Origin: an uncultured Candidatus Saccharibacteria bacterium
GTDB lineage: Bacteria; Patescibacteriota; Saccharimonadia; CAILAD01; BJGX01
Assembly (NCBI GenBank): GCA_964390265.1
Contig: CAYMHI010000001.1
Span: forward strand, 8,345 to 72,344
Reading direction: 5' to 3'
DNA: 64,000 bases
The notes below the pieces were generated by a model, which had not been told where the DNA came from, ran no database searches, and was given only the letters and a program-made list of their open reading frames with translations. The translations under genes were made by a program, and so were the position numbers. Of this stretch, positions 9,213-17,067 are shown one piece after another. Each line of letters opens with the position of its first letter. The stretch's first letter is position 1.

Positions 9213-9288
9213 GGGTCTGTAGCTCAATTGGCAGAGCAGTTGCCTCTTAAGCAATTGGTTGTGGGTTCGAGTCCCACCGGACCCACCA
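9213..9288 (+). tRNA. tRNA-Lys (CUU)
   Basis: Cloverleaf, GTTGC-CTCTTAA-GCAAT, CCA end. Confidence 0.97.
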
Positions 9289-9374
9289 AGAAAGTATCTC
9301 AGCGAATGCTGGGATTTTTTCTTGGTAAAACATTAATTTAAAAAAAGCCTACCAAATAGGTAGGCAGAGATGAA

Positions 9375-10421
9375 CTATAAGTCGCCGGTACGACTAAAAA
9401 AGTGTTTCCATCTTGAGTCTGGAATAGGAGTAACGCTTGGGGAGTGCAAGAGGTTATGGCCCTCCAGAAGATACTCGATTATTGCCATGAGTATTGGCAC
9501 GCTATAGCCAGACTGTGCAAAGTGCTTAGCTCGCCTGTCATTGTCTATCTCTGGCATTAGATCATTACTTCGAGGTAATGGGTGCATAAGTATTGCATTG
9601 GGGCTCAACATTCGCATCACACTCTCATCGATGAAATAAGCAGACCCACCAGCTCCCACCCAGTAGAATACATCAGTGTCTAGAACCATCGAGTCGAGAT
9701 TGGTCGTTTCTTTGAATTCAATATCACTCAAATACAAATTCTCTCGCAACTCATCATCTATACGTGCACTTTCAAGTGATACAAATATGAAGCTGATATT
9801 TTCGAAGAGACACAATGCTAGAGCAAGGTTTCGCGCAGTTATATTGCGACGAAGATCGCCACCAATCACCACGCGCAAATTCTGTAGTCTACCCACTTCT
9901 CGATAGATAGTATAGAGATCTACTAGCGTTTGCAATGGGTCATCTGCTATATTGATCATTGCGGCACTACTATGGTGAGCCGAGAGCTCTAACTCTTTAC
10001 TTGGCGGCTGATTGACCGCAATAATGTGAGGCTTGTACTCACTCAGTGACTTTAGTAAATCAGATAAACTTTCATCTCCAGCGCTATCCACATCTATAAT
10101 ACTTATTCCCATTCTTTTGGCAGCGGTAAAGAGAGATGTTTGTGATCGAGGAGACGGGCAGTCTAGCAACGTGTAGAGTAAGTAGTCTCTATAAAGACTG
10201 GCACTGACTTGAGGGTTTGGTACGCGAAGTCCATAACCCAACTGCTGTACGTATATATCTACAGCGGCAAAAAGATCTAACAAGAATTGTTTGCTCAGCT
10301 GAGAGGTGCTTAGTATGTGACGTAGTTTGGTTGATTTCTTTTGCAAAGGAACAAACCTTTCAATATGTTTGGTCGAAAGAAGTTCGTTTGATATAGTAGG
10401 CCAACAGGTAGCAAAAGTCAA
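9375..10421 (-). CDS. Aspartate carbamoyltransferase-like protein with degenerate active site
   Basis: LRHILS, PLQTLVDLYTI, GDL, MHPLPR retained; STRT, Arg105 and HPxQ altered; start uncertain. Confidence 0.75.
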   Translation of the reverse strand: MTFATCWPTISNELLSTKHIERFVPLQKKSTKLRHILSTSQLSKQFLLDLFAAVDIYVQQLGYGLRVPNPQVSASLYRDYLLYTLLDCPSPRSQTSLFTAAKRMGISIIDVDSAGDESLSDLLKSLSEYKPHIIAVNQPPSKELELSAHHSSAAMINIADDPLQTLVDLYTIYREVGRLQNLRVVIGGDLRRNITARNLALALCLFENISFIFVSLESARIDDELRENLYLSDIEFKETTNLDSMVLDTDVFYWVGAGGSAYFIDESVMRMLSPNAILMHPLPRSNDLMPEIDNDRRAKHFAQSGYSVPILMAIIEYLLEGHNLLHSPSVTPIPDSRWKHFFSRTGDL

Positions 10422-10501
10422 TGTGCAGGTTGAAAAATAACCAGTTTATTGGTATGGTTAGTAGCGTGATATAAGATTATTCTTATTTCTTTTCCCATCT
10501 A

Positions 10502-10616
10502 CAGTTCGTGAAACAATAGAATAGTTGTTTAGCGAACTGAGAGGAGAAATAATGCGAAAGTTATAGAATTAAATGTAATAATATTTAATTTGCCAATTGA
10601 AGCATTATTTGGACGA
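10502..10616 (+). ncRNA. tRNA-leader element, copy A5
   Basis: CAGTTCG..CGAACTG hairpin, GAGGAG 10541-10546, AAATAATGC/GCATTATTT stem, GACGA abutting tRNA-Pro. Confidence 0.65.
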
Positions 10617-10693
10617 CGGGGTGTGGCGCAGTTGGCTAGCGCGCTTGGTTTGGGACCAAGAGGTCGAAGGTTCGAGTCCTTTCACCCCGACCA
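10617..10693 (+). tRNA. tRNA-Pro (UGG)
   Basis: Cloverleaf, C1-G72, CTTGG-TTTGGGA-CCAAG, CCA end. Confidence 0.97.
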
Positions 10694-10730
10694 AACTAAA
10701 ACACCCAACTTTTGTTGGGTGTTTTAGTTT

Positions 10731-10850
10731 GTATTTGATGAAAGACGAGAAACCCGAGGTTCGGTGAACGAGGAGCGCAGACCAAAACCAAACCTGTTTA
10801 GGTTTTGAGCGAGCACCACAGGCAGAAGGCGCCAGCCGTTGTCCTGGCGC
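10731..10850 (+). repeat. tRNA-trailer element B2
   Basis: Shares ATTTGATGA, GGTTCGGTG, GCGCAG, CAAAAC..GGTTTTGA, AGCAC and AGGCG..AGCCG with B1. Confidence 0.7.
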
Positions 10851-10895
10851 TTTAGTAGACTTATGCTACAATTATTAGCATAAGTAATTTTACAA

Positions 10896-13589
10896 ATGGC
10901 AAACAAAAAAGACATTTTAATTAACTCACTACTTACTTTAGGTATACTTGTTGGCTTATTGGCGATTTATGCTGGTTTTAAGATGCACCCAGCTCAGCCA
11001 GCTCATGCCGCAACAACATACACAGTTACCAACGGTAATAATGCTGGTGCTGGTTCGTTGCGCCAAGCGATCACCGATGCCAATGCTAATCCTGGCGCTG
11101 ATATTATTGTTTTTAATGGAGCCCTTGTTATCCAGCCCACTAGCTCATTACCATCAATTACCGACCCGGTAGAAATAAATGGCTACACCGGCTCGCCCGG
11201 CGGTGCCACAGCCAACTCTGCAGCCAGCCCCAACCCATTCAATGGCACACTCACCGTTGAGCTCGATGGTCAGTTGGCGGCTGGTAGCGTACTTGGTTTA
11301 GGTTTTGAATCAGGCTCAGAGGGTTCATCGGTACGTGGGCTGGTGATTTATAATTTTTCTTTTAATGCTATTCAAGTAGCTCCTGGTTTTACTGGTAGCG
11401 GCCTAACCATAGCCGGTAACTACATTGGCACCAATGCAGCCGGTACTGTCGGCCAGGGCACTACGCTTAGCTCTGGCATTGGCCTGTTTGGTACCGGCGC
11501 ATCAAACATTACAGTCGGTGGCACAAACCCAGCAGATAGGAACATAATCTCTGGCAATGCTGGGGGGATTGGAGGCGGGGCAAACAGCAATGCTACCATA
11601 CAGGGCAATTATATTGGCTTAGCTGCCGATGGGACTACTGCCTTAGCAAATGCGGGTGGTGGCATTGTTTTTTATGCCGATACTACCAATGCAACCATTG
11701 GGGGCGCCACTACCTCGGCAGCTAATGTAATATCTGGCAATACATCGGGCTATGGCATATCTATTACGACTGCCGATGTCAACCACAATACTATAGCCGG
11801 TAACTTCATTGGCACTGATTACACAGGCGCTGTTGCCCGTGGTAATGCCAATGGCGGTATATTTATTGGCAGTGGTTCTGCATCTAATACTGTTGGTGGT
11901 ACTACGACCGGCGCTCGAAACCTTATCTCTGGCAATTCTAGTGCGGGTATATTTATTAATAGCGGAGGTACAAGCAACACCGTAGAAGGCAACTACATTG
12001 GTACCGATATAACTGGTGCTACAGCCCTAGCAAATGGCACAGGGGTAAGTATTTTAGGTGGGTCTAGTGGCAACACTATTGGCGGGGCAGATACCACTAC
12101 ACGCAATATTATTTCCGGTAACGGTGGTATGGGTTTGAGTATAGACACAAGTAATAGCAACACAGTAGCAAGTAACTACATTGGTGTTGATGTAACTGGT
12201 ACGGCTGACTTAGGTAATGGCGGTATTGGTGTAGCTATAAATAACTCAGCAAGTAGTAACACTATTGGCGGTACCACTGCTAGTGAACGCAACGTTATTT
12301 CTGGAAACGCAGATAATGGAGTGTACATATCTGGCACTGGCACAAATAATACAATCCTAGGTAATTATCTTGGTACCAATGCGAGTGGCTCAGCCGCAAT
12401 ACCCAATGATCAAAATGGCTTGTTTTATTTGGCAACAGGTACTGGCAATGTTCTGGGTGGACTTGCTGAAGGGTCTAGAAATATTCTTTCGGGTAATTCC
12501 AATTTTGGGGTGATATGTAGTAGTGGTGCCAACTTGAGTATTCAAGGAAATTATGTGGGGTTGAGTGCTGATGGCGCTACAACAATACCCAATGTTGGTG
12601 CTGGTAACAGTGCTAACATTGCTTTGACAGGATGTTCAAACATGATTATCGGTGGTTCTGCTACTGGTGCACGCAATGTTATATCTGGCAGCCTAGGGGC
12701 TGGGATATTAATGATTGCTGGCGGGAATAATACGGTGCAAGGTAACTACATTGGTACCAAAACTAGCGGTGAAGTCCAAAGTGGGTTTGGTAATAGTACC
12801 GCTGGTATTATTATAGCTTCTGCTTCTACGAATAACTTAATAGGCGGTGTAAATAGTGGTGAAGGCAACATAATAGCCGGTAATGGCGCAGGTGTTGCAG
12901 TTGGTGATATAGGAGGTATATTCTTAGCACAAAATAACTCTATCTTAGGCAATAGTATTCATGACAATAGCAGTGGTCCCCTGAGTAGCTTAGGAATAGA
13001 TTTACTGGGTAACACAAATGATTTCGTTACGTGGTCTTCCATTGGCGTTACCCCCAACGATGCTGGTGACCCCGACGTTACCTCTAATGTACTCATGAAC
13101 TTCCCAGTCATTCAATCAGTTACTTCTACCAATGGACAAGCCACAATAACGTATGACTTAGATATCAACGATGCCGAGCCTGGCGCTACTGGCTACCGCG
13201 TAGAGTTCTTTGCCAACGACTCTGCTGACCCCAGTGGTCATGGCCAAGGCCAAACCTACTTGGGAAGCGACACCGTTGCTGGTGATGTGAATGGTAGAAG
13301 CGCCACTCTTACGCTCCCAGCTGGCGTGGATGGTTCTAAATATGTTTCTGCCACCACTACCATGACCGATGCTAGTGATGATGGTTTTGGCCACACCTCT
13401 GAGTTTGCTGCTGACGTACAAGCTACTCTAGTGCCGGTATCTCCAACACCAACCCCAAGTCCAGCTGCCAATGTGTTGGCCACTACGGGCCTTAATCAAA
13501 ATAGAAGTAAATTAATTCTCGCAGCTATCGCACTGGTATTACTGGGTGGTACTGGGCTATACGTTGCTCGCCGTCAAAAACGAACTTAG
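10896..13589 (+). CDS. Large beta-helix-repeat surface protein with LAxTG sorting signal
   Basis: Signal peptide, GSLRQAI motif, repeated GNYIGT/N.ISGN units, C-terminal LATTG + TM + RRQKR. Confidence 0.85.
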   Translation: MANKKDILINSLLTLGILVGLLAIYAGFKMHPAQPAHAATTYTVTNGNNAGAGSLRQAITDANANPGADIIVFNGALVIQPTSSLPSITDPVEINGYTGSPGGATANSAASPNPFNGTLTVELDGQLAAGSVLGLGFESGSEGSSVRGLVIYNFSFNAIQVAPGFTGSGLTIAGNYIGTNAAGTVGQGTTLSSGIGLFGTGASNITVGGTNPADRNIISGNAGGIGGGANSNATIQGNYIGLAADGTTALANAGGGIVFYADTTNATIGGATTSAANVISGNTSGYGISITTADVNHNTIAGNFIGTDYTGAVARGNANGGIFIGSGSASNTVGGTTTGARNLISGNSSAGIFINSGGTSNTVEGNYIGTDITGATALANGTGVSILGGSSGNTIGGADTTTRNIISGNGGMGLSIDTSNSNTVASNYIGVDVTGTADLGNGGIGVAINNSASSNTIGGTTASERNVISGNADNGVYISGTGTNNTILGNYLGTNASGSAAIPNDQNGLFYLATGTGNVLGGLAEGSRNILSGNSNFGVICSSGANLSIQGNYVGLSADGATTIPNVGAGNSANIALTGCSNMIIGGSATGARNVISGSLGAGILMIAGGNNTVQGNYIGTKTSGEVQSGFGNSTAGIIIASASTNNLIGGVNSGEGNIIAGNGAGVAVGDIGGIFLAQNNSILGNSIHDNSSGPLSSLGIDLLGNTNDFVTWSSIGVTPNDAGDPDVTSNVLMNFPVIQSVTSTNGQATITYDLDINDAEPGATGYRVEFFANDSADPSGHGQGQTYLGSDTVAGDVNGRSATLTLPAGVDGSKYVSATTTMTDASDDGFGHTSEFAADVQATLVPVSPTPTPSPAANVLATTGLNQNRSKLILAAIALVLLGGTGLYVARRQKRT

Positions 13590-13652
13590 TAATTGAGCTG
13601 CACAACGCATCGATTTTGTAATTTTAATATTGCTTAGTGGTATAATAAATAT

Positions 13653-13871
13653 ATGGACGCAAACACATTTATCAATCAAAATATCTGGTGGATACTACTC
13701 TTGGCCATATGGAGTATTGGCTGGAAAGGTTGGGCTCTGTGGCGAGCTGCCAAACTCGATCAAAAAGTCTGGTTTGTAGTATTTATGATAGTTAATACCG
13801 CAGGCATATTAGAAATATTTTATATCTATTATTTCTCCAAACAAGGCACCAAAAAATCAGATTCAAAATAA
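13653..13871 (+). CDS. DUF5652-like small membrane protein
   Basis: WKGWALWRAA...WF...NTAGILEI.Y. Confidence 0.8.
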   Translation: MDANTFINQNIWWILLLAIWSIGWKGWALWRAAKLDQKVWFVVFMIVNTAGILEIFYIYYFSKQGTKKSDSK

Positions 13872-13921
13872 TTATTTGCTAAACGACCTATGCAAATTTG
13901 TGGTATAGGTTGCTCATACAT

Positions 13922-14527
13922 ATGAAAAAAAACAAACATTTAATTACTACCCCAGACGACACTAGTGACCGCCAGCACCCTGGGTTAAAAACTTTTTTAA
14001 GACTCGCCATTACAATTGTATCTGTCGGCTTTATTGCTGCCGGGATTTATTTGTTAGTTTTGCTATTTGGGCCCAAGTACTCATTTTATTTAAACAAAAA
14101 AATGCCCGAGATTACCGATCAAAACAGAGTGGTAGTGCTTGACCATGGCATAAATACCACCATCTACGAGGGTGGAGCTGAGGTGCTAGAAAACGGTGCT
14201 TGGCACCAATATCCTGAGCGGGGAAATCCTCAAATGGGAGGTAATTTTATATTGGCAGCACATAGCTTTTTGTGGGGCTACACGCCTAGTCAAATAATGA
14301 ATAAATCATTTTTTTACAACCTTGAGGACGTAAAAGTGGGCGATCAAATAACGGTGTATTGGAACAAACAAGCTTATAGCTATACGGCTACAGAAAAACT
14401 TCAGGTTAAACCCAACGATCCAGCAATATTGGAGCCTAGTGGCGAAGCAAAGCTTACTATGTACACTTGCACCGAGGCCGGTAGCGCCGATGGCCGCGTA
14501 GTGGTTATTGCTAAGCCAAATAATTGA
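13922..14527 (+). CDS. Sortase
   Basis: N-terminal TM, GNFILAAH, LTMYTC, R.VV catalytic His/Cys/Arg. Confidence 0.9.
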   Translation: MKKNKHLITTPDDTSDRQHPGLKTFLRLAITIVSVGFIAAGIYLLVLLFGPKYSFYLNKKMPEITDQNRVVVLDHGINTTIYEGGAEVLENGAWHQYPERGNPQMGGNFILAAHSFLWGYTPSQIMNKSFFYNLEDVKVGDQITVYWNKQAYSYTATEKLQVKPNDPAILEPSGEAKLTMYTCTEAGSADGRVVVIAKPNN

Positions 14528-14558
14528 CCATCAATCTGTTGTGAGCGATAATAAGTTA

Positions 14559-14663
14559 ATGAATAAATACACTCCATATTCATTTCGCGTATTACTATCA
14601 AAACTTAATTATTGCAGTCGAATGCAGTATGGAAAATTAAGCGTAGCTAGAGGCGAAGTTTAA
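14559..14663 (+). promoter_or_regulatory. hisS leader with 34-codon uORF and hairpin element C2
   Basis: ATG 14559 open to TAA 14661-14663 overlapping the hisS ATG; long imperfect hairpin. Confidence 0.5.
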
Positions 14664-15973
14664 TGAATAAAGTTACTCCACGGCGACCATCTGGATTTGT
14701 CGAGTATTTACCCACACAACAAGCCCAGCTACAAAGTGTGCTCGACACTATTCGTAGCGTATATGAAAAATATGGCTTTATGCCTATAGAAACACCGGCT
14801 GTGGAGTTGGCCGAGGTACTGCTAGCAAAGGGCGGTGGTGAAACCGAGCAAGAGGTTTATCGTTTTAGTAAAGGTGATAAAGAATATGCCTTGCACTACG
14901 ACCTAACTGTTCCACTAGCTCGATATGTGGCTGAGCACGAAAATGAACTGACCTTTCCATTTAGACGCTATCAAATGCAAAAAGTTTGGCGAGCCGAGCG
15001 CGCCCAAAAGGGTCGCTACAGAGAATTTTATCAATGCGATGCTGATATTATTGGTAGCTCTAGTACAGGACATGATGCCGAACTAGTTGCTCTTAGCGCC
15101 GATGTATTTAAGGCTCTAGGCCTTGGAGATTTTACAATTCGCATTAGCAATCGCAAATTGTTGAGCGGACTCATTGAGGCAATTGGGTTACAAGCTAAAA
15201 CAAGTGATATATTGCACGCCATAGACAAACTCGACAAAATTGGTGTCGAAGAAGTCACCAAGATGCTCAAAGACGCGGGTTGTGGCGATGACGATTCTAC
15301 TCAACTGATCGATTTTGTAAATATGGGCGGAGAAGGTGCAGATGTAATAAGCCAACTCGAAGGACTTTCGGTCGAAAACGAAACTTTTACTAGTGGCCTA
15401 AATGAAATTAAAGAGCTGGTGGCCCAAGTGCAAGCATTGGGTATTGATAGTCAAAATTATACAATTGATTTACGAATTGTCCGCGGGCTAGATTATTATA
15501 CTGGTACGGTTTATGAGACAACACTCAACAACCACCCCGAGTTTGGCTCGGTATTATCAGGTGGCCGTTACGACAACTTGGCAGAATATTATACCAAAAC
15601 TCATTTGCCAGGTGTGGGCGTATCGATTGGCTTAAGTAGACTGTTTGCCGCCGCACTTGAATATTATTTAATTGCCAAACAACCACAAATGGTGCAGGTA
15701 TATATTGTTAATTTTGGGGTTGGTGCGCGCGAGTGGGCCCTAAAAGTTGCTAGCGACTTTAGATCTGCCGGTGTAGCCACCCAGGTAGATTTAGAAGACA
15801 GCAAGGTAGATAAACAATTTAGGTATGCTGACAGACTGGGCGTACCATATACTATTGTAATCGGTGAAAACGAAGTGGCTGCCAAAAACGTTATTCTAAA
15901 AAACATGCTAAGGGGTGACCAAGAAACTTTGGCTATTGATGCCGCAATACTTCATTGTAAGAAATCGGTATAA
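14663..15973 (+). CDS. hisS: Histidine--tRNA ligase
   Basis: YDLTVPLAR, RAERAQKGRYREFYQCD, RGLDYYTG, GGRYD. Confidence 0.97.
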   Translation: MNKVTPRRPSGFVEYLPTQQAQLQSVLDTIRSVYEKYGFMPIETPAVELAEVLLAKGGGETEQEVYRFSKGDKEYALHYDLTVPLARYVAEHENELTFPFRRYQMQKVWRAERAQKGRYREFYQCDADIIGSSSTGHDAELVALSADVFKALGLGDFTIRISNRKLLSGLIEAIGLQAKTSDILHAIDKLDKIGVEEVTKMLKDAGCGDDDSTQLIDFVNMGGEGADVISQLEGLSVENETFTSGLNEIKELVAQVQALGIDSQNYTIDLRIVRGLDYYTGTVYETTLNNHPEFGSVLSGGRYDNLAEYYTKTHLPGVGVSIGLSRLFAAALEYYLIAKQPQMVQVYIVNFGVGAREWALKVASDFRSAGVATQVDLEDSKVDKQFRYADRLGVPYTIVIGENEVAAKNVILKNMLRGDQETLAIDAAILHCKKSV

Positions 15974-16059
15974 ATTAAAACTTTGCAATAATATTAAGCT
16001 ACTGTATACTATTTGCAGATATTCGCACCTCACATCAACTCGATTGAAGGAGCTCAAAC

Positions 16060-16725
16060 ATGTCACCGGTAACTTCAAAACGTCAATATGTTGGCGCCAT
16101 GGATCATAGTAGTAGGCTGGCTCTAGTTGAAGAAATCAAACCGCTATATATGTGGTTTAGCCCAGATTCAACAGATTTGGATATTTTAATTAGACTTACA
16201 TACATGCCAAATGCAACCTGCACAACGCTAACCGAAGATGGCAGGTGCGTGGGCTTTATGATCTCGCATATTGAAAAGCATAAAAAATCCTTAGTGCTTT
16301 ACGTTAAGGGCGTGATTGTAGACGAACTATATAGATCGAGACACTATTTTCGTAAAATGCTTGAAGATGCGATAGAACTCTATCAACCAAACTACATCGC
16401 ACTTACCACGCAAAATCCCAGAGTTTATACGATGCTGGCAAAGATCTGTGGCGTAGAGAACGTGTACCCTCGCCACACTTATCCGCCTGGTTATGAGATT
16501 CTAGACCTTGCTCGTCAATTAATCTCTGGTGGCGCAACGAGCGGTGAGGTGGGTGACACAGAAATTCGTAACCTTGTGCTGAAGGGACACTATACCTCAT
16601 CTAGGCCCGAAGACAAGACATATATGTCTAGTGATATGACAAATGTAGATGGCTTTTTTGACAGCCAGCTTGGCCCTACCGATGGATTTTTGGTAATTGC
16701 CCGCTTCATTACGCCAGGTAGATAA
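16060..16725 (+). CDS. GNAT-fold hypothetical protein
   Basis: CVGF, LYVKGVIVDELYRSRHY (motif A-like), TTQNP; AAGGAG RBS. Confidence 0.6.
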   Translation: MSPVTSKRQYVGAMDHSSRLALVEEIKPLYMWFSPDSTDLDILIRLTYMPNATCTTLTEDGRCVGFMISHIEKHKKSLVLYVKGVIVDELYRSRHYFRKMLEDAIELYQPNYIALTTQNPRVYTMLAKICGVENVYPRHTYPPGYEILDLARQLISGGATSGEVGDTEIRNLVLKGHYTSSRPEDKTYMSSDMTNVDGFFDSQLGPTDGFLVIARFITPGR

Positions 16726-16739
16726 TACCTGGCTTTTTT
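16713..16739 (+). terminator. Intrinsic terminator
   Basis: GCCAGGTA/TACCTGGC stem followed by a T run. Confidence 0.8.
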
Positions 16740-16740
16740 A

Positions 16741-16768
16741 TTGACAAAAAATAATTATTTGTTAGACT
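16741..16768 (+). promoter_or_regulatory. Sigma70-type promoter for the T-box leader
   Basis: TTGACA-16 nt-TAGACT. Confidence 0.6.
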
Positions 16769-16796
16769 AGACATATTGTAGTACCCCTAAGTTATT

Positions 16797-17033
16797 AAAA
16801 CCTTTGATCTAGTTCTCTTAATTTAGTAAGAGGTTGGGGCTAGATCGCACATTGTGCAAGGTAGCTTCTGCGTGAGTGGAGGTTCGGCACCCTCCGTTAT
16901 CATGGGGCAAACGACACAACTAGGCTTGTTCGTTAGAGTGCTTAAGACAAATCGTTTTAAGCAAGTAAGGTGGCACCGCGGAGATTCCCGCCCTTACCGT
17001 ACAATTATTTGTACTGCGAGGGCGGGGTTTTTA
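16797..17033 (+). promoter_or_regulatory. T-box riboswitch, probably Trp-specific, transcriptional
   Basis: T-box AAGGTGGCACCGCG 16967-16980, stem III 16939-16963, CCGTTATC, alternative terminator CCCGCCCT..AGGGCGGG+T run, TGG in short Stem I. Confidence 0.88.
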
Positions 17034-17067
17034 TACCTGCACGTTCCTTCACAACTAGGAGAGTGAA

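Noticed and set aside
7334-10616. A elements as hammerhead or HDV/theta ribozymes, or a CRISPR array
   Set aside because: No CUGANGA/GAAA core or nested pseudoknot seen; theta ribozymes lie 3' of tRNAs; no identical repeats with regular spacers
14559-14663. Classical histidine attenuator peptide
   Set aside because: No His codons and no terminator hairpin with a U run
16854-17066. 70-aa ORF upstream of the trpD-like gene as a leader peptide
   Set aside because: Overlaps the T-box RNA and has a single Trp codon; explained by the riboswitch
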